From Pseudomonadota bacterium (GTDB taxonomy: Bacteria > Bdellovibrionota_B > Oligoflexia > Silvanigrellales > Silvanigrellaceae), in NCBI GenBank assembly GCA_039799905.1, contig JBDLRP010000037.1:1-13185 (forward strand): a stretch of 13,185 nt of DNA, read 5' to 3'. The translations under genes and the position numbers were made by a program. Positions 7,034 to 13,185 of the stretch are shown in pieces; the first letter of the stretch is position 1; each line of letters begins with the position of its first letter. The notes under the pieces were generated by a model, which was not told the DNA's origin, made no database searches, and saw only the letters and a program-made list of their open reading frames with translations.

Positions 7034-8509
7034 ATGACACCACGAATCCTGCCTTATGTTCTCATCGGTCTTTGCACATTCACAGCGAGCTGCGGACAAT
7101 GGGAAAAAAAAGAGCCGACAGAAAAGACCGACCTTATCAGCGAGCCACCACTAGAGGACAACAACGTTCCTCCGGAAGTCACGCCGACGCCCAACGCCCA
7201 GGCCCATGACGGAATTACCCAAGTCCAGCCGCAGCAAGAAGTGCCTGACGACGTCGGCACGGACGACACAGAACCGCCAGTGGCACCGCAGGAACCGGAG
7301 GGCATCATCATTGCTGAATCCGAAAATGTGCGAACACTGGAAGACTGGATCAATCATCCCGAAAACGGAGCGACACTGAAATCATTCGGTACTTTTGATT
7401 CCAACAAACGAACTCTGACACTTCATCAGTCAGCGACATTAAGTTTCAGCCGCTTTACAGTGCACGGAAAACTTCTGATTGAAACTCGCGGTCTCAACCT
7501 CACTCTCGTTGGCTCAGATTTCACAGATCTTGAAATTAAAACTACAAATGCACAGGGGCACTCTGGACACGTGCGAATTTACTCTACATCAAAAACTCTG
7601 CCCAAAATCGACGCGTCCGGACGTGGCGGAATAAACGGAGAAGATGGTCGTTGTCCGAACGGACAAAAGTGTGTTCTGCTCTCGGACAGGCTTACCAAGA
7701 CCACTTTGTCGGAGATTTATCCCATCACGACAACCAAGGAACACAGCAAAACTTTTGATTGGAACGACACTCAGGTTCCTGAAGAATGGCGGCAACGAAC
7801 GAGAGAGAGTATTCAGCAGGAAGACCTCAACAGTGCTGGTCGCTTTTGCGAGCCACATCATCCCATCTTATTTTTTAACGGGATACAGGTCGCAGGCTCG
7901 CTCGTGTTCACACAGCGCCTGATGCACTTTTCACTTCCCACCCAAACGACCTTTCCCGAGCCCGTCCATGCACAGCTGTACGAGGCCCAAACGGGATCTG
8001 ATGGATCCAACGGAGGGAATGTATCGATCGTTCAACTTGGAAAAATAAATGATGGAGAGATGAGCAAGATTAATACCTCTGGCGGGACAGAGGGAAAAGG
8101 CGGTCTGAACGTCAAACGCGCCCCAAGCGAAGCCAGGGCGCAGAAAATCTACTCAACCATTAAAATCACCGAGACCCTCAATTTTGACGGTCTGAAAATC
8201 AGCTGGAAATTGTATTGCTTCTCAAGCCCGCGTGGACCCATTGGAAACGGCGGCTGGATGCACGCCCCTGCACAATTTCTCGCGCGAGGGACTTACGTTC
8301 CGACGAATGATTTTTACGAACACCATTCTGTGAGTGTTCCAGCCATTCCCGCGGGCGAGGACCTGCCGGAATCACTCAGTCTGGCTGCTGCATCAGGCAG
8401 ATCTGGCATGAACGGCAAACTTGAAATCAAGAATTTATCAAAAGCTCAGCAACTCCGGGCAGCGATACATCCTTCAATTCCATTGCCCAAAGAGTTCAAT
8501 AATTATTGA
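7034..8509 (+). CDS. Hypothetical lipoprotein with an acidic Pro-rich tether and Gly-rich (GxxGxxG) segments
   Basis: 491-aa ORF with RBS GGGGAG. Signal peptide ends FTAS-C (Cys20, 7091..7093). About 70 aa of P/E/D/T-rich linker follow, then a beta-rich region with GRGGINGEDG, GSDGSNGGN, SGGTEGKGG and GRSGMNG. No family recognised. Confidence 0.8.
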   Translation: MTPRILPYVLIGLCTFTASCGQWEKKEPTEKTDLISEPPLEDNNVPPEVTPTPNAQAHDGITQVQPQQEVPDDVGTDDTEPPVAPQEPEGIIIAESENVRTLEDWINHPENGATLKSFGTFDSNKRTLTLHQSATLSFSRFTVHGKLLIETRGLNLTLVGSDFTDLEIKTTNAQGHSGHVRIYSTSKTLPKIDASGRGGINGEDGRCPNGQKCVLLSDRLTKTTLSEIYPITTTKEHSKTFDWNDTQVPEEWRQRTRESIQQEDLNSAGRFCEPHHPILFFNGIQVAGSLVFTQRLMHFSLPTQTTFPEPVHAQLYEAQTGSDGSNGGNVSIVQLGKINDGEMSKINTSGGTEGKGGLNVKRAPSEARAQKIYSTIKITETLNFDGLKISWKLYCFSSPRGPIGNGGWMHAPAQFLARGTYVPTNDFYEHHSVSVPAIPAGEDLPESLSLAAASGRSGMNGKLEIKNLSKAQQLRAAIHPSIPLPKEFNNY

Positions 8510-10683
8510 ATGACCTCAGCCTCGGGGTCGAGATTCTCAACAGATGAATTCGGGCTGAGGACCGAACCATTGTAGTATTGAGTTATCTCAAACTGGATTG
8601 AAGGCTCTCCTAACGAATCCACCGGGCCGTATTTGCTCGCACCGTCGGCAGAGAAATCTTGGGCCTGCATCGCCATCGCGAGTTTTGCCGGATTATTTCC
8701 GCCGGCTTTGTATTGAGCCGTTCGGGCAAGAAGAAGACTGTCGAAGGCCTGCCTCTCGATGTCTAGCACGCTATCGCCGGCCGAAAGCTCGCGTCTTAGA
8801 AAAGGCAGAAAAGCGCCGGACGTTGGCACCGGCACACGCGCTCCATTGAGAAACTGATCGGCAATCGACTGCTTGCCACCTGCCTCCTGCCACGTCCGAT
8901 CGCCAAGAAAACGAACCGAGCGTGCGTCGAAAAAAGCGAAGGTGTTTGCGATTAAGCGGACACGATCCAGAGAGTCGGGTACAAAAAGTGCACTGAAGGG
9001 AACGTTTGCAGGTGCCTTGATGGTGGACGGATCGAACTTTCGTTTTTCCTGCGCTGCCTTCTTCTTTGCTTCTGCAACCAGTCGCCAATACTCGGCACCG
9101 CGATTCTTACCATCCTGTGGGCCGAGCAGCGACTTGACAGGCTCCTGAAAGATCTCGGTCGACTCATCAACGAATTCTACACGCTGGATTTGCAAACCCT
9201 CGTTCTTGCACACCGCCTCGAAGGCCTTTGCCATTTCGACACCATAGCCATCGGTCGGTGACATGATGGCTACCGTCTTTCGGTTTTGCCGTTTCAGAAA
9301 CTGAACCTGCGCACGTGCTTGTGATTGCGCCAAAGTGCCCATGCGGATGATAAAATTCGGATCGAATTCGCGCGCAGAAGTGACTGGTCCAAGGGCATAC
9401 AATGGAACACCGAAAAACGACGCACTCGTTGCCGCGCCCGCGAGCTGCGCGCCATGGAACGGACCAATAAGCGCGTGAACTTTTTCCTTGAGAATCAGCT
9501 CCAACGCAGCGCGTTCACTTGCTCCGGAATCGTTTGACACAGTTTTGACAAAAACCTGATAATCGACATCGCGCGCCGCGCGTGAATTTAAAAACGCTGC
9601 GACACCTTTGAGTGCACGCAACTGCAACCGTGCATAGGTTCCCGAGCCGGTAGGAAGAATGAGGCCAAAGCGCATGCGTCGGGGGTCATCCTTAAGAAGA
9701 CTGTCGGCTCGCTCGCGGATTTGATCAAATGGAAGCTGCGCAACCGCCGCTCGTAACGAACTACTTTCAACACGCGCCCCGCGTGCTTCTGACTCAGCAA
9801 TCTGAAACTGGCCCTCACGCAAAGCTCGCAAGGACGTCAGCATATCGTTCGAACCCAACGACGATCCGCGGGCTTCCATTGCGGCACTTGAGTTGGACGG
9901 AATTTTTGTCTCCGCATCGTTTCGGACAGGCTGCTGAGCAGCATTGGCAGGAATCGAAGGTTGTTCGGCAACAACTGGGGGCCTCGCGGGCTCAGCAGTG
10001 GGCGCTGCAGCGGGCTTGTTTGTTTCGCCCAAACGCTGCTTCACATCGGCCAACGTGATCGACCAGTCGCCGAGGATCTTAAGTTCTACTTTCTTGATTC
10101 CACCAATTTCCATGACACGTGCGAGCCGTTCGAGTTGGGAGATCTCGAATTCAAGGTCGTTGAGTTTTTTGGCAACCTCAACTCCAAGCGCATAAACGCG
10201 CGCCTTGTACTGTGCAGGGAAAACAGGATCAGGATATTTCTGCATCAAAGAACGCGCTTCTGCGTAAGATTTGTCCATCACATAAATTTGCGCGAGTGCA
10301 TAATAGCACAACGGCAGCACAGATGGATTCAAAGAATTGGAACTGAGCGACAGTTCAAGATTGTAGCGAGCCTGTTTCTGGTCATCTCGAATGCTGTAAA
10401 TAATTCCAATGCGGCAGCGCGAGAGCGCAAGATCCGCCGGAGCCGCGTAAGGATTGGCTTGTATGTCTCGGAATTTTTCGAATGCGGTGTCGAAATTTCT
10501 TGTTTGGAAGAGATGCTCTGCCTGCGCAGCGGCCTCTGCGCTTGCCTGATTGGCCTGCGCATACGTCCGAACAAGCAGAGGCATAGAGCTGACTGCTAAA
10601 ATGAAAATTGCCTTAAAAAACCAACACGGCGTGTTAGTCCGGACTTGCGACGCGAACCATGGCCGTGCGCAGAATTCTCTCAC
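8503..10683 (-). CDS. Exported protein with N-terminal TPR-like helices, a Pro/Ala linker and a C-terminal type-1 periplasmic-binding-protein fold (LpoA/LppC-like PBP activator or ABC substrate-binding family); start uncertain
   Basis: C-terminal half has RFGLILPTGSGTYA, VHALIGPFHG, VAIMSPTDGYGVEMAKAF and FSALFVPD, typical of the PBP1 YraM/LppC-like family. N-terminal part is TPR-like (CYYALAQIYVMDKSYAEARSLM). Signal-like FFKAIFILAVSS...AQA. In-frame start options are 10710 (ATG), 10683 (GTG) and 10584 (ATG). The track's 10836 start lies deep within grpE. Confidence 0.72.
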   Translation of the reverse strand: MREFCARPWFASQVRTNTPCWFFKAIFILAVSSMPLLVRTYAQANQASAEAAAQAEHLFQTRNFDTAFEKFRDIQANPYAAPADLALSRCRIGIIYSIRDDQKQARYNLELSLSSNSLNPSVLPLCYYALAQIYVMDKSYAEARSLMQKYPDPVFPAQYKARVYALGVEVAKKLNDLEFEISQLERLARVMEIGGIKKVELKILGDWSITLADVKQRLGETNKPAAAPTAEPARPPVVAEQPSIPANAAQQPVRNDAETKIPSNSSAAMEARGSSLGSNDMLTSLRALREGQFQIAESEARGARVESSSLRAAVAQLPFDQIRERADSLLKDDPRRMRFGLILPTGSGTYARLQLRALKGVAAFLNSRAARDVDYQVFVKTVSNDSGASERAALELILKEKVHALIGPFHGAQLAGAATSASFFGVPLYALGPVTSAREFDPNFIIRMGTLAQSQARAQVQFLKRQNRKTVAIMSPTDGYGVEMAKAFEAVCKNEGLQIQRVEFVDESTEIFQEPVKSLLGPQDGKNRGAEYWRLVAEAKKKAAQEKRKFDPSTIKAPANVPFSALFVPDSLDRVRLIANTFAFFDARSVRFLGDRTWQEAGGKQSIADQFLNGARVPVPTSGAFLPFLRRELSAGDSVLDIERQAFDSLLLARTAQYKAGGNNPAKLAMAMQAQDFSADGASKYGPVDSLGEPSIQFEITQYYNGSVLSPNSSVENLDPEAEVIQ

Positions 10684-11284
10684 CAATCCGATAGCCAGAC
10701 ACAAATTCATCGACAACCATTTCCTGTTGAAGAGTTGCATCCACCGTCTTGGCAATTGCATTGTGGAAATTCGGGTTGAAGGCTTCGCCCTTGCCCGGCA
10801 ACTTTTCCACACCATGCTTCTTGAGCGTGTCAGCAAATACCTTTGAGACGAGCTGAACGCCCTCGACGATAGAGGCCACTTGTTTGCCCTCTTCAGTGTC
10901 CACGTTCACGGTCAGCTGCTCAATGGCCGTCATTGCCTTGTCAAAAGAATCGATGACCGGCAGAAGATCACGGGCAAACTCCGAAATGCAATAGCTTTTG
11001 AGGTCGCCCTTTTCCTTTTCCCAACGCTTGCGGGAATTCTCGAACTCGGCCGCAATTCGATACATACGGTCGTTGGTCTCGGCGTGCTTGTTGGTCATTT
11101 CCTCGAGTGCGGCCTGGAGTGACGGCACATCGGCAGGCATTGAGCCATAAGAAGCGCCTTCATTTTCAGCGTTTCCTGAGTTTTCTGCTGAGGACGGCTC
11201 TGCAGATGGCATTTCGCTCTTATGTTCGCCACTTCCTGATGCATTTTGTGTCGAGAATGGATATTTCTGTTGGCCGAAAATCAT
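10634..11284 (-). CDS. grpE: Nucleotide exchange factor GrpE
   Basis: RIAAEFENSRKR, FARDLLPVIDSFDKA, EGVQLV, GEAFNPNFHNAI, GYRIGERILRTAMVRV. Start placed at ATG 11284 after AGGAG rather than at the track's 11344. Confidence 0.95.
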   Translation of the reverse strand: MIFGQQKYPFSTQNASGSGEHKSEMPSAEPSSAENSGNAENEGASYGSMPADVPSLQAALEEMTNKHAETNDRMYRIAAEFENSRKRWEKEKGDLKSYCISEFARDLLPVIDSFDKAMTAIEQLTVNVDTEEGKQVASIVEGVQLVSKVFADTLKKHGVEKLPGKGEAFNPNFHNAIAKTVDATLQQEMVVDEFVSGYRIGERILRTAMVRVASPD

Positions 11285-11324
11285 ATGTTTGTCTCCTGCG
11301 GGCGCCAGACCTGAAAGCACGCAC

Positions 11325-11352
11325 AGTGTAAGCAGGAAGGGCATTCGGTCAA
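11325..11352 (-). promoter_or_regulatory. Putative sigma70 promoter for grpE
   Basis: Minus strand: TTGACC (11352..11347), 16-nt spacer, TACACT (11330..11325), about 40 nt upstream of the grpE ATG. Confidence 0.55.
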
Positions 11353-11386
11353 CTGCCGATAGTGGTAAAAATCAATCTCGGACCGC

Positions 11387-11415
11387 TTGCCAAGCCACGT
11401 CTGGCGGGAAACAAT
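11387..11415 (+). promoter_or_regulatory. Putative sigma70 promoter for serS-trxC
   Basis: TTGCCA (11387..11392), 17-nt spacer, AACAAT (11410..11415). The -10 element lacks its first T, so support is modest. Confidence 0.35.
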
Positions 11416-11457
11416 AGGAAGCCTGTAAAGACAAGGAAAAACCGAGGTATAAACAGT

Positions 11458-12726
11458 ATGCTCGACCCAAAATACGTCCGCGAGAACCTGTCGCTGATTC
11501 AAAAAGCCTCCCAGCTGAAAAGAATTCCCTTCGACAGCGAGAAATTTGCCAGCATCTTTGACAGCAGACTCGAGGTTCTCGAGGAGACCGAAAAATTACG
11601 CCGGCAACGCAATGAAGGGTCTGACGCAGTTAAGAAAGCCAAATCAACCGATGAGCGTGAATCTCTTCTTGCGGCAATGCGTGAGGTGAATCAAAAGCTG
11701 ACGCATGCTGAAAGCAGGCTACGAGAAATTGAAGTTGAGTTCGATGCAATACAGGCAACTGTGCCGAATCCTCCATCGGAGGACACTCCCGTCGGCGCAA
11801 CTGATGCCGACAACGTTGAATGGCGCAAAGAAGGTGTTGTTCCGAATTTCGATTTCAAGCCTCTCGACCACATTGAGCTTGGGCAGAAATTGGGAATCAT
11901 CGACTTCGCCCGTGGTGCGAATGTGGCCGGAACACGCAGCTACTTTCTTGTTGGTGCAGGGGCGGAACTTGAACGTGCCGTGCACAACCTTGCCGTCGAT
12001 CTGCTCACCCAGCGCGGCTACACGCTGATGAGCGTGCCCGTTCTCGTGCGTTCTTCTGCCATGCAAGGAACAGGATACCTTCCCGGTGGCGCCGATCAGG
12101 CCTACTTCGTAGAAAAGGATGACATGTGGCTCGTCGGAACTGCGGAGGTGAGTCTGGCTAGTTATCATGCCGGCGAAATTCTCGATGCATCACAACTTCC
12201 GGTGAAGATTTGCGCACACTCCAGCTGCTTTCGCCGAGAGGCGGGCGCGCACGGCAAAGACACCAAAGGGCTGTACCGGGTTCACCAGTTCCAGAAAATT
12301 GAACAAGTTGTGCTTTGCAAACCAGACAAAGAAGAATCTGACCGGCTGCACATGGAGCTTCTGACGAATGCAGAAGACCTGCTCAAGATGCTCGAACTGC
12401 CCTACCGTGTTGTCAAAGTTTGCACGGGTGATCTCGGACAAGGTCAGGTTAAAAAGCATGACATTGAAACTTGGATGCCAAGCCGCAGCGCCTATGGCGA
12501 AACGCACAGCTGCTCGAGCTTTTATGACTATCAGGCAAGGCGTTTGAAAATCCGCAGCAAGGATGCAGGCGGAAAAAATCAGTTCGTTTACACTTTGAAC
12601 AACACTGAAGTGGCAACGCCACGCGTGCTGATTCCGCTGCTCGAAAATCACCAGACTGCAGACGGACGCATCCGAATTCCCAAGGCCCTGCAAAAATATA
12701 TGAGCGGGCGCGAATTCATTGGTTAA
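11458..12726 (+). CDS. serS: Seryl-tRNA synthetase
   Basis: MLDPKYVREN start, N-terminal coiled coil, VPNPP, DHIELG, GTAEV, motif 2 FRREAG...GLYRVHQFQKIE, ETHSCS, motif 3 TLNNT..ATPR, LLENHQ. ATG 11458 follows GAGGT. Confidence 0.97.
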   Translation: MLDPKYVRENLSLIQKASQLKRIPFDSEKFASIFDSRLEVLEETEKLRRQRNEGSDAVKKAKSTDERESLLAAMREVNQKLTHAESRLREIEVEFDAIQATVPNPPSEDTPVGATDADNVEWRKEGVVPNFDFKPLDHIELGQKLGIIDFARGANVAGTRSYFLVGAGAELERAVHNLAVDLLTQRGYTLMSVPVLVRSSAMQGTGYLPGGADQAYFVEKDDMWLVGTAEVSLASYHAGEILDASQLPVKICAHSSCFRREAGAHGKDTKGLYRVHQFQKIEQVVLCKPDKEESDRLHMELLTNAEDLLKMLELPYRVVKVCTGDLGQGQVKKHDIETWMPSRSAYGETHSCSSFYDYQARRLKIRSKDAGGKNQFVYTLNNTEVATPRVLIPLLENHQTADGRIRIPKALQKYMSGREFIG

Positions 12727-12751
12727 CAAAGGTTCAACGGAGAATCCGGTC

Positions 12752-13185
12752 ATGAGTCAATCGGTTTTGGTTCCATGCTCATCCTGCGGCGCTCTCAACA
12801 GAGTGCCACTGCAAACCGAATCAGGAAAAGCGAAGTGCGGTAAGTGCAGCCACCCACTCAATCATGCCGAGAGCGTGCATGAGGTGAGCGGTGCAGTTCT
12901 GGCCAAAGCGGTTCTCAACAGTCCGATTCCAGTAATCGTTGATTTTTGGGCGCCCTGGTGCGGACCTTGTGTCGGTTTTGCGCCTACGTTCAAACAATTC
13001 GCGAGTGCACACCGTGGCAAAGCTTTGTTTTTGAAATGCGATACCGAAGCCCACCAGGATGCGGGTGCACGTTTCGGAATCCGCAGCATTCCGACGCTGA
13101 TCGTCTTCGAAGGCGAAAAGGAAAAAGCGCGCCAGAGCGGCGCGCTTCCTTACCCCCACCTTGAAAAGTGGGTGGGCGGACTGGT
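12752..13185 (+). CDS. trxC: Thioredoxin 2 (zinc-finger thioredoxin), 3' end truncated by the window edge
   Basis: Manual translation from ATG 12752 (RBS GGAGA): MSQSVLVPCSSCGALNRVP...KCGKCSHPL...VIVDFWAPWCGPCVGFAP...FGIRSIPTLIVF...RQSGALP. It has two N-terminal CxxC motifs and the WCGPC active site. It is missing from the ORF track because no stop codon falls in the window. Confidence 0.95.
   Translation, partial: MSQSVLVPCSSCGALNRVPLQTESGKAKCGKCSHPLNHAESVHEVSGAVLAKAVLNSPIPVIVDFWAPWCGPCVGFAPTFKQFASAHRGKALFLKCDTEAHQDAGARFGIRSIPTLIVFEGEKEKARQSGALPYPHLEKWVGGL

Noticed and set aside
9961..10599. 212-aa plus-strand ORF
   Set aside because: Antisense shadow of the envelope-protein gene, with no recognisable motifs or RBS.
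11340..11357. GGCA-N10-TGCC over the grpE -35 as a CIRCE element
   Set aside because: The arm sequence and spacing do not fit TTAGCACTC-N9-GAGTGCTAA.
11362..11457. N-terminal extension of SerS, or a T-box leader
   Set aside because: SerRS homology starts at MLD (11458) with its own RBS. The spacer is too short and lacks the T-box motif and terminator.
12190..12753. 187-aa minus-strand ORF and the other short nested ORFs in the track
   Set aside because: They lie antisense or out of frame within well-supported housekeeping genes and have no protein-like features.
1..13185. Mobile element, prophage, CRISPR array or defence system
   Set aside because: No transposase, integrase, phage or nuclease motifs, and no regularly spaced repeats were seen.

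Overview
Bacterial core-chromosome window made up mostly of housekeeping genes. From left to right: (i) a minus-strand sigma70 promoter, boxA and GNRA-hairpin leader pointing out of the left edge, most likely the leader of an rRNA operon whose 16S gene lies just outside the window; (ii) guaB-guaA-ahcY on +, with an intrinsic terminator between guaB and guaA and a perfect 20-bp bidirectional terminator after ahcY; (iii) hslO (Hsp33) on -, divergent from galE; (iv) an unrecognised lipoprotein with Gly-rich motifs on +, whose end overlaps a convergent TPR plus periplasmic-binding-fold protein (LpoA/LppC-like); (v) grpE on -, with no dnaK or hrcA beside it; (vi) a Thermus-type serS on +; and (vii) a zinc-finger thioredoxin (trxC) cut by the right edge and absent from the ORF track. 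I see no mobile element, CRISPR array or defence system, and no clearly new multi-gene system. The best leads are the orphan lipoprotein, the rrn-like promoter back-to-back with the GTP-synthesis genes, and the grpE-coupled envelope protein whose start seems to lie inside grpE. The gene styles suggest a Bdellovibrionota/Oligoflexia-like or other deltaproteobacterial-type organism, but this is a low-confidence inference.
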